Positions 17,952-27,721 of a DNA stretch of 42,454 nt are shown piece after piece. A model generated the notes under the pieces. The model was not told the origin of the DNA. It was given only the letters and a program-made list of their open reading frames with translations, and did no database searches. The position numbers and the translations under genes were made by a program. Origin of the DNA: a virus (taxonomy: Duplodnaviria; Heunggongvirae; Uroviricota; Caudoviricetes); the IMG/VR virus record IMGVR_UViG_3300029613_000341, positions 1 through 42,454 of that record. One strand, given 5' to 3'. The first letter of the stretch is position 1. Every line of letters starts with the position of its first letter.

Positions 17952-18578
17952 TTATATATCAATAGAGTTTTGAAATTTTAATAACTGCCATCTTGTTAAT
18001 AGTGGTTTTATTGCTATGTTGTGTTGGGTATTTATTTTTAAACCTTCGAATTTCGAATATCCATTTTCCAAGGCTTCCACTGAAAAATGAATGGTTTTTG
18101 TTATCGGGTTTATAGCACAAAGATTTAGGTCATATAAAGTATGAATGTCACTTCTGAGCAATAATCCATTGCTAATATGATTGTGACTATCGTTTCGATA
18201 TACATTAATGTGAGCAGCATCAAGAATATCAACAAGCTTACAGCCCGTAACCGCACAAGTAGGATTTGATTTTAATAGCTGGTCGCGAAATGTTTTTTGC
18301 CCACTTCGTTGTTTTATTTGCCGTTCTACAATTTGCCGTTGATCTTCACCCATTAAAGTGGGGGTGTCTTTATCAGCTTCGCTGGCGTTGAGCTCCAGAA
18401 TAATAGTATGTTGGGCGGTAAGCAAAGCAACAGCCCATTGATAGTTAACTTCTTGGATGGACATTTGCCCATTGTAGCGTGGAGTTTCATCTATAAATTG
18501 TGACATTGTAATATTGGATAATTTACGGTACTGGTTGCCGCAGTATGCTATAAATTCTTTAGCTGGCTCAAAAACCAC
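17952..18578 (-). CDS. HNH endonuclease domain protein (C-terminal part of an apparently split gene)
   Basis: HNH motif CAVTGC...LDAAHI...NGLLLRSDIHTLYDLNL; annotated start is GTG; the frame stays open upstream to a stop at 18669-18671, overlapping the end of the upstream ORF. Confidence 0.7.
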   Translation of the reverse strand: MVFEPAKEFIAYCGNQYRKLSNITMSQFIDETPRYNGQMSIQEVNYQWAVALLTAQHTIILELNASEADKDTPTLMGEDQRQIVERQIKQRSGQKTFRDQLLKSNPTCAVTGCKLVDILDAAHINVYRNDSHNHISNGLLLRSDIHTLYDLNLCAINPITKTIHFSVEALENGYSKFEGLKINTQHNIAIKPLLTRWQLLKFQNSIDI

Positions 18579-18625
18579 TCTGGGTTCATCAAATTCATGG
18601 CCATTATCACAACGCCACTCTGATT

Positions 18626-18919
18626 TTATAGTTTTCCTTTGAAGAATTTTTTTGCTTTGCAGTCTAGGTTAATACATTTGTTACGCTTCTTATTAATGCT
18701 CTGTGTTTCTAATTTTTCAATAACAGATATACCTAAAATATTTTCTCTGTTGGTAATAATATCACCGTCTTTTACATTTTTGTGGTTCGCTACAAAACTG
18801 TCATAGCGATAGAAAACTGATGAGTCATCGGGATAACTATCATTTCCCCAGTATCTAAGATCGTCTTTCTCAATTGCCTTAAAAAAAACCATACTTGCTG
18901 TACCATGAACTTTTCCCAC
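18626..18919 (-). CDS. Small ORF immediately upstream of the HNH ORF (likely the N-terminal part of the same gene, separated by a frameshift)
   Basis: 97-aa ORF ending ...CKAKKFFKGKL; an A7 run (T7 on plus strand, 18647-18653) lies where the two frames overlap. Confidence 0.4.
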   Translation of the reverse strand: MGKVHGTASMVFFKAIEKDDLRYWGNDSYPDDSSVFYRYDSFVANHKNVKDGDIITNRENILGISVIEKLETQSINKKRNKCINLDCKAKKFFKGKL

Positions 18920-18976
18920 TAATCAAATTTTGGTTTGTTCTATCGAACAGCAAAGCATGTTGATATACAAGAGAAA

Positions 18977-20008
18977 TCATCCCAAAGAATATGGCTCAAA
19001 TCGCAAAATTTTTTGTTCTAACCAGTCATTTACTTCACGCATCCTTTTTTGCAACGGTAATAATTCATTTCGCACAAACACATTTGCCGCCTTCTCCACA
19101 TCCCCAAACCCCCCAACATTGCTAGGCATTATCCCCATCATTTGTGGTGGCACACGATGCGCTGCCATCATGTCATCCCGACTCACGTTCTTGATGTTAA
19201 GAAATTCATCCTTCGCTGCGACTTCTGATAGCGGGATAATCTGAAGCCCGTCTTTTTTGCCGTTAGGCGAGTACATAAACAGGTTGCGGAAGTTACCCGG
19301 ACCTTTGGCACTTTTCATCGCGTTGCGGAGGTTGTTTACATCCTCCTGGTTCTGCGCGGCGTCGGTCATGTACATGATGAAGCCTGCATGACTGCCGTTG
19401 ATGTAATACTTACGGCGGAACAGCGTGGCGGACTCATTGAGCAGGGCGGACGGAATGGCAGAAAGATAGCCGGGCAGGCCGTAGATCTCTTGGTTAATGT
19501 CCGGTTCCATCAGATGAAAAATGCTGCCTTTCGTGAACTGATACGGCTGGGTTGTCATACCGTATTGCACAAACCAGTAGGTATTCAGGTCTAACCCGCG
19601 TCGGGTGTATTTTGCCAGAGCAGGCTCAAGGGCGATAACTTCACCGAAGCGGTTCGTGCGTTTCTCCAGGTAGGCGTTACCAAATACCAGATAGTCCTGC
19701 ACAAAACGTGAAAAAGCCTGCTGGCTGAGCAGCGGGTGAGGGATGTAGGTACTGGTCAGAATGTTGCATTTCACCGCAATTGGTGAACTGTGATGCACGG
19801 CGGCGCGGAAGGTGCGCGCCAGTCCGTCAAAACTCACTGGCGGCTCATACCAGCGATCTGTCTGTACGCATTCCACATAGTCCAGTAGTTCACGGCGGTC
19901 CAGAACCGGAACGGGATCGCCGAAGCTGAATGCTTCGGCTGAAGTCTGGTTTTTATGCTGGGTCTGTTTCGTCGCCGCAGCGCGGTTCTTCTTACTCTTT
20001 CCCATCAA
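18977..20008 (-). CDS. Q: Portal protein (P2 gpQ family)
   Basis: 343 aa; position and recalled similarity to P2 Q; stop abuts the terminase start. Confidence 0.9.
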   Translation of the reverse strand: MMGKSKKNRAAATKQTQHKNQTSAEAFSFGDPVPVLDRRELLDYVECVQTDRWYEPPVSFDGLARTFRAAVHHSSPIAVKCNILTSTYIPHPLLSQQAFSRFVQDYLVFGNAYLEKRTNRFGEVIALEPALAKYTRRGLDLNTYWFVQYGMTTQPYQFTKGSIFHLMEPDINQEIYGLPGYLSAIPSALLNESATLFRRKYYINGSHAGFIMYMTDAAQNQEDVNNLRNAMKSAKGPGNFRNLFMYSPNGKKDGLQIIPLSEVAAKDEFLNIKNVSRDDMMAAHRVPPQMMGIMPSNVGGFGDVEKAANVFVRNELLPLQKRMREVNDWLEQKILRFEPYSLG

Positions 20009-21771
20009 AAAATCTCCACAATATTGCTGGTATTGGCGGACTCGCCCTGCAGCGGTTCGTTAAACAGTGCGTGCATTGTTGCCCAGGCCAGATCGGCATG
20101 GCTGGCTTCTTCGCTGCGGCTGGCTTCATAGGTCGGGCGGTTGCCGCTGGCGGTGGTGGCGCGACGGATTGCCATGAATGACTGCGCAATGTCGGTGTGC
20201 CCGGCGTCAAACTCAAGACGGCGGTGGCTGATAATGTCGTAGGCCTTGAGTACCAGGGCGTTTTTAACGTTGGGGTTGTAGACAAACTCCCGGACGGCAG
20301 GAAAAAACGCTTTCACGTTCTCGTAAACCCCGTGACCAACGCCGGTTGAGTCGATGCCGATATAGGTCACGTTGTACTGTTCGGTCAGTTTTTTGATGGC
20401 GTCAGCCTGGGCGCGAAAGTCCATTCCGCGCCACTGGTGACGCTCAAGAATGCGGAACTTACCGCCTGGCACGGCTGGCGGTGCCACCACCACGCATCCG
20501 GCGCTGTCGCCGTTCTGCGTACCTTTTGCCGGGTCATAACCGATCCACACTTCGCGCCAGCCAAACGGGCGCAGGGCCAGTGCATGAAAGTCGGTCCAGA
20601 CTTCCCAGCTGTCCACCATGCACGCCTGCAATTCGCTGAGCGGGAACACGGACGCGAGATCGTCCACGAACTCGCACATCAGCAGGTTCTGGTATTCGTC
20701 AGGGCTGTACTCCATGCGCAACTGGTCAAGGTCGAACAGGTTACAGCCGCCGCGCACCGCATCTTCCACGGTGACTATCTGGCGGTATTGCCCGTCTGCG
20801 CACAGCAGGCCGGGGGCCAGATTGCTGTGGGACAGGTCGATGTCCACCTTGTCAGCTTTGTTGCGCCCACGGTTGAACAGCGCACCGGACCAGAACGGAT
20901 AAGCACTGTGGGTCAGACTGGATGGTGTGGAAAAATAGGTCTGCCGCCATTTCTTGTGAATAGCCATACCGGAAGCCACTTTGCGTAGCTCCTGAAATTT
21001 CGGTATCCAGAAATATTCATCCAGATACAGGTTGCCGTGATAACTCTGGGCCGTGCGGGCATTGGTGCCGAGGAAGTAAAGCGTGGCCCCGTTAGGAAGC
21101 ACCATCGGATCGCCTTTCAGCTCCACCTCCACTTCTTTGGCGAAGTCGATGATGTACTGCTTAAAGACGTGGGCCTGTGCCTTACTGGCGGAAAGGAAAA
21201 TCTGGTTACGCCCGGTAAGCAGGGCGTCAATCAGGGCTTCACGGGCAAAGTAAAAGGTCGCGCCGATCTGGCGTGACTTCAGCAGGTTGCGGATGCGGTT
21301 GGTTTTTCCGGCTTCCCACCAGTGGCGCTGGTAGTTGAACATGGAGGAATGGAAGATTTCTTCCAGCTTCTCAATCTGTTCATCGGTGAAGACATTTTTT
21401 TCCGGCTGACGGCGCGGGCCTTTGTTGCGGTTGGCGACGTTAGGATTTAAGTCGGCTTCGTTGCCGCCATTGTTAAACTTGCCGATCCGCGCGTGGCGCT
21501 CAGACTGGCGCGCCAGCAGGTCAATCTCTTTGAAATCTTTCCCTTCTTTGTGCTCCTTCATAATGAGCTGGCAGTAGCGTGCGGCGGTGGTGAGCTGCAT
21601 CTGATCCAGCGGCCCATAGTCACCCCACTTGTCGCGTTTTTTCCAGCTGTGAACGGTTGCAACTTTCTCGCCCAGCATTTCAGCAATGCGGGCTACGCGG
21701 TATCCCTGAAAGTACAGCAGCATGGCCTGCCGACGGGGATCGAGATCTGCGGGTGTCAGTGTGGTGTTCAT
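20005..21771 (-). CDS. P: Terminase large (ATPase) subunit (P2 gpP family)
   Basis: 588 aa; divergent from the O-N capsid operon as in P2. Confidence 0.9.
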   Translation of the reverse strand: MNTTLTPADLDPRRQAMLLYFQGYRVARIAEMLGEKVATVHSWKKRDKWGDYGPLDQMQLTTAARYCQLIMKEHKEGKDFKEIDLLARQSERHARIGKFNNGGNEADLNPNVANRNKGPRRQPEKNVFTDEQIEKLEEIFHSSMFNYQRHWWEAGKTNRIRNLLKSRQIGATFYFAREALIDALLTGRNQIFLSASKAQAHVFKQYIIDFAKEVEVELKGDPMVLPNGATLYFLGTNARTAQSYHGNLYLDEYFWIPKFQELRKVASGMAIHKKWRQTYFSTPSSLTHSAYPFWSGALFNRGRNKADKVDIDLSHSNLAPGLLCADGQYRQIVTVEDAVRGGCNLFDLDQLRMEYSPDEYQNLLMCEFVDDLASVFPLSELQACMVDSWEVWTDFHALALRPFGWREVWIGYDPAKGTQNGDSAGCVVVAPPAVPGGKFRILERHQWRGMDFRAQADAIKKLTEQYNVTYIGIDSTGVGHGVYENVKAFFPAVREFVYNPNVKNALVLKAYDIISHRRLEFDAGHTDIAQSFMAIRRATTASGNRPTYEASRSEEASHADLAWATMHALFNEPLQGESANTSNIVEIF

Positions 21772-21913
21772 GGCACAAACCTACAGCCTTGAATGAAGGC
21801 TTTCCCCGCCTGCGGTTTGTGTGGTTGTCGGTACAAATACCGCGCATTGTTTCACTGCCCCCATCACCGCAACCATAAGGCTCCAGTAAGTTTTTTCTAA
21901 CGGAGCACGGCTC

Positions 21914-22747
21914 ATGACAGTGAAAGCAAAGCGTTTTCGCATCGGGGTGGAAGGTGCCACCACCGACGGACGCGAAATCCAGCGTGAATGGCTGGAACAG
22001 ATGGCAGCCAGCTACAACCCGGCGGTGTATACCGCGCTGATTAACCTTGAGCACATCAAGTCTTATCTGCCGGACAGCACCTTTAACCGCTACGGCAAGG
22101 TGACGGCGCTGTTTGCTGAAGAAATCACGGAAGGTCCACTGGCAGGCAAGATGGCGCTGTATGCCGACGTTGAGCCAACGGAGTCCCTGGTGGAGCTGGT
22201 GAAAAAAGGCCAGAAATTATTCACCTCTATGGAAGTCAGCCCGAAGTTTGCTGATACGGGCAAAGCCTACCTGGTTGGCCTGGCTGCCACTGATGACCCT
22301 GCCAGTCTGGGCACTGAAATGCTGACATTCAGCGCCAGTGCAGCTCATAACCCGCTGGCAAACCGCAAGCAGAATCCTGCAAATCTCTTTACCGCTGCAG
22401 AGGAAACGGTGATCGAACTGGAAGAAATCCAGGATGACAAACCGTCCCTGTTTGCCCGTGTCACGGCGTTGTTTACCAAAAAAGAGCAGTCCGATGACGC
22501 CCGGTTCTCTGATGTGCATAAGGCCGTGGAGCTGGTCGCCACTGAGCAGCAGAACCTGAACGCACGCACCGAAAAATCCCTGTCTGAGCAGGAAGAACGC
22601 CTGTCTGAGCTGGAGACTGCCCTGCAGGCACAGCAAACCGCCTTTAACGAACTGGTGGACAAGCTGAGTCATGAAGACAGCCGCCAGGACTACCGCCAGC
22701 GTGCAACAGGCGGTAACGCCCCCGCTGACACTCTGACCAATTGCTGA
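21914..22747 (+). CDS. O: Capsid scaffolding protein (P2 gpO family)
   Basis: Recalled similarity to P2 O (FRIGVEG...DGR, YLVGLA.TDDPASLGTE, DDARF.DVH); GGAG RBS. Confidence 0.9.
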   Translation: MTVKAKRFRIGVEGATTDGREIQREWLEQMAASYNPAVYTALINLEHIKSYLPDSTFNRYGKVTALFAEEITEGPLAGKMALYADVEPTESLVELVKKGQKLFTSMEVSPKFADTGKAYLVGLAATDDPASLGTEMLTFSASAAHNPLANRKQNPANLFTAAEETVIELEEIQDDKPSLFARVTALFTKKEQSDDARFSDVHKAVELVATEQQNLNARTEKSLSEQEERLSELETALQAQQTAFNELVDKLSHEDSRQDYRQRATGGNAPADTLTNC

Positions 22748-22763
22748 TGGAGCACAAAACCCG

Positions 22764-23822
22764 ATGAAGAAGAATACCCGCTTTGCTTTTAACGCTTACC
22801 TGCAGCAGCTGGCGCGTCTGAACGGTGTGGCAGTTGAAGAACTGTCCAGCAAATTCACTGTGGAGCCGTCTGTGCAGCAGACGCTGGAAGACCAGATCCA
22901 GCAGTCCGCCGCTTTCCTGACGCTGATTAACGTCACGCCAGTGACTGAGCAGTCCGGTCAGCTGCTGGGGCTGGGTGTTGGCAGCACCATTGCCGGAACC
23001 ACTGACACCACCGCGAAAGAGCGTGAACCTGTCGACCCGACGCTGATGGTCGATGTGGAATATAAATGCGAGCAGACCAACTTTGACACGGTGCTGACCT
23101 ACGCGAAGCTGGACCTGTGGGCGAAGTTTCAGGATTTCCAGGTGCGTATCCGTGACGCCATCGTGAAACGTCAGGCACTGGACCGCATCATGATCGGCTT
23201 TAACGGCGTGAAGCGTGCGAAAACCTCCAACCGTAGTGAAAACCCGCTGCTGCAGGATGTGAACAAAGGCTGGCTGCAGAAAATCCGTGAGGATGCACCG
23301 GATCACGTCATGGGCAGCACCACCACGGGCGGCGAAACCACACCGGGTGCGGTGAAAGTCGGGAAAGGTGGCGAATATGCCAACCTGGACGCTGTGGTGA
23401 TGGATGCGGTCAATGAGCTTATCGACGTGGTCTACCAGGACGATGACGATCTGGTGGTGATTTGCGGTCGTGAACTGCTGTCTGACAAGTATTTCCCGCT
23501 GGTCAACAAAGAGCAGGAGAACAGTGAAAAACTGGCTGCCGATATGATCATCAGCCAGAAACGTATGGGTGGCCTGCAGGCGGTGCGTGCGCCGTTCTTC
23601 CCGCCGAATGCGCTGCTGATCACCCGTCTGGATAACCTGTCCATCTACTGGCAGGAAGATACCCGCCGCCGTTCAGTTATCGACAACCCGAAACGTGACA
23701 GGATTGAAAATTTTGAATCCGTTAACGAAGCCTATGTGGTTGAGGACTATCGCTGCGCTGCACTGGTGGAAAACATCCAGATTGGTGACTTCAGCGCCGC
23801 CGCAGCAGAAACCGGAGCGTAA
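22764..23822 (+). CDS. N: Major capsid protein (P2 gpN family)
   Basis: Strong recalled similarity to P2 N over the whole length (TRFAFNAYL, KFTVEPSV, NGVKRA.TS.RS.NP.LQDV, QKRMGGLQAVR). Confidence 0.9.
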   Translation: MKKNTRFAFNAYLQQLARLNGVAVEELSSKFTVEPSVQQTLEDQIQQSAAFLTLINVTPVTEQSGQLLGLGVGSTIAGTTDTTAKEREPVDPTLMVDVEYKCEQTNFDTVLTYAKLDLWAKFQDFQVRIRDAIVKRQALDRIMIGFNGVKRAKTSNRSENPLLQDVNKGWLQKIREDAPDHVMGSTTTGGETTPGAVKVGKGGEYANLDAVVMDAVNELIDVVYQDDDDLVVICGRELLSDKYFPLVNKEQENSEKLAADMIISQKRMGGLQAVRAPFFPPNALLITRLDNLSIYWQEDTRRRSVIDNPKRDRIENFESVNEAYVVEDYRCAALVENIQIGDFSAAAAETGA

Positions 23823-23825
23823 TTC

Positions 23826-24476
23826 ATGAGCCTGAGTCCCGCACGGCAGCATCGCCTGCGCGTTCAGGCTGAACAGGCCGCTCGCGAGGGTGGCAGTGTT
23901 CGCCACGCGTCGGGCTATGACCTGATGCTGCTGCAACTGGCGGAAGACCGCCGCCGTCTCAAGGGCGTTCAGTCCACGGTCAAAAAAGCGGAAATCAAGG
24001 TGGAGCTGCTGCCGAAATATACCGCCTGGGCGGAGGGCGTTCTGGCTGCCGGAGGCGCTCAACAGGATGACGTGCTGATGTACGTGATGCTGTGGCGCAT
24101 TGATGCCGGAGATTATGCCGGGGCGCTGGAGATCGGGCGTCATGCCCTGCGTCATGGCTGGGTGATGCCGCTGGGTAACCGCAACGTGCAGACCGTGCTG
24201 GCAGAGGAAATGGCAGACGCGGCGCAGAGCGCAATGCTTGCCGCCACCGGCTTTGATGCCGATCTGTTGCTGCAGACGCTGGAGCTGACAGACGGTCTGG
24301 ATATGCCGGACCAGTCACGGGCGCGTCTGCATAAAGCGATTGGCGCTGTCCTGAGTGAAAGCAATCCGGCTTCCGCCCTTAATCATCTCAACCATGCGTT
24401 ACAGCTCGATCCCCGCTGTGGCGTGAAAAAAGACAAACAGCAGCTGGAGCGCAGACTGCGCAATGACAGCCGCTGA
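23826..24476 (+). CDS. M: Terminase small (endonuclease) subunit (P2 gpM family)
   Basis: Recalled similarity to P2 M (AQRH..RV, GAQDD.LM.VMLWR.D.GD.AGALEI, RAKLHK). Confidence 0.85.
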   Translation: MSLSPARQHRLRVQAEQAAREGGSVRHASGYDLMLLQLAEDRRRLKGVQSTVKKAEIKVELLPKYTAWAEGVLAAGGAQQDDVLMYVMLWRIDAGDYAGALEIGRHALRHGWVMPLGNRNVQTVLAEEMADAAQSAMLAATGFDADLLLQTLELTDGLDMPDQSRARLHKAIGAVLSESNPASALNHLNHALQLDPRCGVKKDKQQLERRLRNDSR

Positions 24477-24571
24477 CAGAACGTGCCCCCGCGCACGGGC
24501 GGCACGGGGTGGCGAAAGGCACTGCCACATCAAAACCCCGTCCACCGCCCTCTATTTCAGGAGAAAGCAGC

Positions 24572-25036
24572 ATGAAGTTTGTTGCGCCAGAACAGGCACC
24601 GGAACAGGCGGAAATCATCAGGAATACGCCGTTCTGGCCTGATGTGGACCTGTCGGAGTTTCGCTGTGTGATGCGCACTGACGGCACGGTGACGCAGCCG
24701 CGTTTAAAACAGGTTGCCCTGTCGGCAATTTCGGAGGTCAACGCAGAGCTGTATGAGTTTCGCAGACGCCAGCAGATGCTGGGATATGCCTCGCTGGCAG
24801 AGGTTCCGGCAGAACAGCTGGATGGGAAAAGTGAGCGCATTCAGCACTATTTCAACGCGGTTTACTGCTGGGCACGCGCCATGCTCAACGAACGATACCA
24901 GGACTATGACGCCACGGCATCGGGTGTGAAGCGAGGCGAGGAACTGGCAGAAGCCAGCGGTGATTTGTGGCGTGACGCCCGCTGGGCCATCAGCCGGGTA
25001 CAGGATGCGCCGCACTGCACAGTGGAGCTTATCTGA
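24572..25036 (+). CDS. L: Head completion/stabilisation protein (P2 gpL family)
   Basis: ATG at 24572 with AGGAG RBS; recalled similarity to P2 L (NAELYE.R, ELWRD.RWA..R.Q). Confidence 0.85.
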   Translation: MKFVAPEQAPEQAEIIRNTPFWPDVDLSEFRCVMRTDGTVTQPRLKQVALSAISEVNAELYEFRRRQQMLGYASLAEVPAEQLDGKSERIQHYFNAVYCWARAMLNERYQDYDATASGVKRGEELAEASGDLWRDARWAISRVQDAPHCTVELI

Positions 25037-25239
25037 TGAAAGTACGTGCGCATCAGTATGACACGGTGGACGCGCTTTGCTGGCGTCATTACGGGCGCAC
25101 GCAGGGTGTCACGGAGCAGGTACTGAAGGCAAATCCGGGGCTTGCCGAATACGGCCCCTTTTTACCTCACGGGCTGCAGGTGGAGCTGCCGGACATTCCG
25201 ACAACCACCACCGTGCAGACCGTCCAGCTATGGGACTGA
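25036..25239 (+). CDS. X: Tail protein X (P2 gpX family)
   Basis: 67-aa ORF in the conserved position after L. Confidence 0.8.
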   Translation: MKVRAHQYDTVDALCWRHYGRTQGVTEQVLKANPGLAEYGPFLPHGLQVELPDIPTTTTVQTVQLWD

Positions 25240-25242
25240 ATT

Positions 25243-25458
25243 ATGACGCTTGAGCGAATCAGCGCCTTTATCACGTATTGCATCGCCGTCGTGCTGGCCT
25301 GGCTGGGCGATTTGTCCATCAAGGATGCCTCAACGCTGGGTGGCCTGATGATCGGTGTGCTGATGCTGGCTATCAACTGGTACTACAAACACAAAGCCTA
25401 CCAGCTTCTGCGCGACGGGCAGATCACGCGGGAGGACTATGAATCCATCAATCGTTAA
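25243..25458 (+). CDS. Putative holin
   Basis: 71 aa with two hydrophobic segments, immediately upstream of the endolysin. Confidence 0.6.
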   Translation: MTLERISAFITYCIAVVLAWLGDLSIKDASTLGGLMIGVLMLAINWYYKHKAYQLLRDGQITREDYESINR

Positions 25459-25951
25459 ACGCTGCCTTGTCGGGACCGTGCTGGCTATTGCTGCCACGCT
25501 GCCGGGTTTTCAGCAGCTTCACACCTCCGTGGAGGGGCTGAAACTGATTGCCGATTACGAAGGCTGTCGTCTGCAGCCGTATCAGTGCAGCGCGGGTGTC
25601 TGGACCGATGGCATTGGTAATACGTCGGGCGTCATTCCCGGCAAAACCATTACGGAACGACAGGCAGCAGAAGGGCTGATTTCCAACGTGCTACGTGTGG
25701 AGCAGGCGCTGGAAAGGTGTGTGAAGCAACAGCCGCCGCAGAAGGTGTATGACGCGGTGGTGTCGTTTGCCTTCAACGTGGGAACGGGCAATGCCTGCAG
25801 TTCCACGCTGGTGAAATTGCTCAACCAGCGGCGCTGGGCGGATGCGTGCCGACAGTTGCCGCGCTGGGTTTATGTGAAAGGTGTGTTTAATCAGGGGCTG
25901 GATAACCGCCGTGCGCGGGAGATGGCCTGGTGCTTACAGGGAGCAAACTGA
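25439..25951 (+). CDS. K: Endolysin (phage lysozyme; hydrophobic N-terminus suggests a SAR-type signal anchor)
   Basis: 170 aa; N-terminal LVGTVLAIAATL then a lysozyme-like region (LIADYEGCRLQPYQCSAGVWTDGIGNT); GGAGGA RBS. Confidence 0.8.
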   Translation: MNPSIVKRCLVGTVLAIAATLPGFQQLHTSVEGLKLIADYEGCRLQPYQCSAGVWTDGIGNTSGVIPGKTITERQAAEGLISNVLRVEQALERCVKQQPPQKVYDAVVSFAFNVGTGNACSSTLVKLLNQRRWADACRQLPRWVYVKGVFNQGLDNRRAREMAWCLQGAN

Positions 25952-25952
25952 A

Positions 25953-26330
25953 ATGAAAAAGAAATTAATCAGCGGGCTGTTTCTGATGTTATGGATGGCG
26001 CTGTTGATCGCAGCAATGGTGTATCCGCAGGGGATTTTTCCGGTACTGGCAGCGTCCGGTATCTGGGTAGCCTGTCTGCTGACATGGGCGGTAATTCCGG
26101 TAGCACTGGCTGCGTTAATTAAGAACGGCCCGCTCTGGGAGGAGTTGAGGGCATCTTTGCTAAAGACCATTACCCGAAAAGAAAACGTATTTATCAGCTG
26201 GGTAATGCGATTGCTGATTGTCGTAAGTCTCGCCTGGACGGGGTGGGCCATTACCCTGGTCTTTTATCTGCTGACCGTTATTGCCTTCTGGATCACCCGT
26301 AACCAGATGGCGCAACAGGTAGCAGCATGA
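25953..26330 (+). CDS. LysA-like membrane protein (lysis timing/accessory)
   Basis: 125 aa with multiple transmembrane segments, between endolysin and the spanin genes. Confidence 0.55.
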   Translation: MKKKLISGLFLMLWMALLIAAMVYPQGIFPVLAASGIWVACLLTWAVIPVALAALIKNGPLWEELRASLLKTITRKENVFISWVMRLLIVVSLAWTGWAITLVFYLLTVIAFWITRNQMAQQVAA

Positions 26331-26755
26331 ACCGGTTGCTGCTGGTTGTGCTGGCGTTATTACTGGTGGCGCTGGGCTGGCAGACGTGGCGGCTGGCTGA
26401 TGCCAGCCAGACCATCAGCACGCAGGCGGACGAGCTGCAGAGCAAAAGCCAGGCACTGGCAAAGAGCAACAGCCAGCTTATCAGCCTGTCCATTCTGACT
26501 GAAACCAATAACCGGGAGCAGGCGCGGCTCTATGCCGACGCAGAACAGACCAGCGCGCAGCTGAGACAACGACAACACCGAATTGAGGAACTGAAGCGTG
26601 AGAACGAGGGTTTACGCCGCTGGGCTGATACTCCTTTGCCTGCTGACATTATCCGGCTGCGGGAACGTCCGGCACTCACCGGAGGTGCAGCTTACCGTCA
26701 ATGGTTGTCCGCGAGTGACGCCGTGTCGGCTGGATCAGGCAGCGCCGCGCACTAA
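26327..26755 (+). CDS. lysB: Inner-membrane spanin component (LysB/Rz-like)
   Basis: N-terminal transmembrane helix followed by a coiled-coil-like region; conserved position in the lysis cassette. Confidence 0.65.
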   Translation: MNRLLLVVLALLLVALGWQTWRLADASQTISTQADELQSKSQALAKSNSQLISLSILTETNNREQARLYADAEQTSAQLRQRQHRIEELKRENEGLRRWADTPLPADIIRLRERPALTGGAAYRQWLSASDAVSAGSGSAAH

Positions 26756-26888
26756 CGGTGATCTGAACGCGTTGCTGGATGAAACGGAGGCCGCCTGGGC
26801 GGTCTGTGCAGACAAAGTGGACATGATTATTGCGTGTCAGGAGCGAAACAGTGAACAAACCACAATCCCTGCGCCACGCCCTCAATAA
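26598..26888 (+). CDS. lysC: Outer-membrane lipoprotein spanin component (LysC/Rz1-like), overlapping lysB in another frame
   Basis: Signal peptide with lipobox LTLSGC; embedded in and extending past lysB, as in P2. Confidence 0.5.
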   Translation: MRTRVYAAGLILLCLLTLSGCGNVRHSPEVQLTVNGCPRVTPCRLDQAAPRTNGDLNALLDETEAAWAVCADKVDMIIACQERNSEQTTIPAPRPQ

Positions 26889-27282
26889 AGCGGTGCCTTA
26901 TGTCCGCAATAACCCGGACAAACTGCATCTGTTTGTGGATAACGGTTCGCTGGTTGCCACGGGGGCCAACTCCATGTCGTGGGAGTACCGTTACACCCTG
27001 AACGCGGTGATTGAGGATTTCAGCGGCGACCAGAATCTGCTGATGGCCCCGGTTTTGCTGTGGCTGAGGGATAACCAGCCCGATGCCATCAATAACCCGG
27101 CGTTACGGGAAAAACTATTCACCTTTGAGGTGGATATTCTGCGCAACGATGTCTGTGATATCAGCCTGAACCTGCAACTGACGGAGCGTGTGCTGGTCAG
27201 CACTGACGGTAGTGTGTCGAGCGTTGAAGCTATAGCGGAACCTGATGAACCTGAAGAAATGTGGACGGTGAAACGTGGCTGA
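26851..27282 (+). CDS. R: Tail completion protein R (P2 gpR family)
   Basis: GTG start at 26851; recalled similarity to P2 R (SLR.AL, FVDNGS, NQPD). Confidence 0.8.
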   Translation: MNKPQSLRHALNKAVPYVRNNPDKLHLFVDNGSLVATGANSMSWEYRYTLNAVIEDFSGDQNLLMAPVLLWLRDNQPDAINNPALREKLFTFEVDILRNDVCDISLNLQLTERVLVSTDGSVSSVEAIAEPDEPEEMWTVKRG

Positions 27283-27721
27283 ACTGCAGAAAGTGGACGA
27301 CTGGCTGAGTGCCTTGCTGGCGAATCTGGAGCCAGCCGCAAGAAGCCGCATGATGCGCCAGCTGGCGCAGGAACTGCGCCGGATACAGCAGCAGAACATC
27401 AGGATGCAACGCAATCCAGATGGCAGTAGTTATGAACCGCGACGGGTAACAGCACGCAGTAAAAAGGGGCGCATCAAACGTCAGATGTTTGCAAAGCTGC
27501 GAACCACAAAATACCTGAAAACTGCCGCCAGCGCCGATTCTGCCAGCGTGCAGTTTGAAGGCAAGGTACAGCGCATTGCCCGTGTTCACCATTACGGCTT
27601 GCGTGATCGCGTCAGCCGTAAGGGGCCACAGATACGTTATGCTAAACGTAGGTTACTTGGAATTTATGATACTGATTTTGATATTATAGAAGAGATAATC
27701 ATGAATTTTTTGATTCGTTAG
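27275..27721 (+). CDS. S: Tail completion protein S (P2 gpS family)
   Basis: GTG start; recalled similarity to P2 S (LLANLEPAAR..MMRQ.AQELRR.QQ.NI..QRNPDGS.Y.PR.VTARSK.GRI.R.MFAKLRTT.Y, QRIARVHHYGLRDRVSRKGP). Confidence 0.85.
   Translation: MAELQKVDDWLSALLANLEPAARSRMMRQLAQELRRIQQQNIRMQRNPDGSSYEPRRVTARSKKGRIKRQMFAKLRTTKYLKTAASADSASVQFEGKVQRIARVHHYGLRDRVSRKGPQIRYAKRRLLGIYDTDFDIIEEIIMNFLIR

Noticed and set aside
19930-24840. Numerous 60-220-aa ORFs on the opposite strand or in alternate frames of Q, P, O, N and M
   Set aside because: All are embedded in structural genes with strong recalled P2 similarity; GC-rich DNA produces long stop-free antisense frames.
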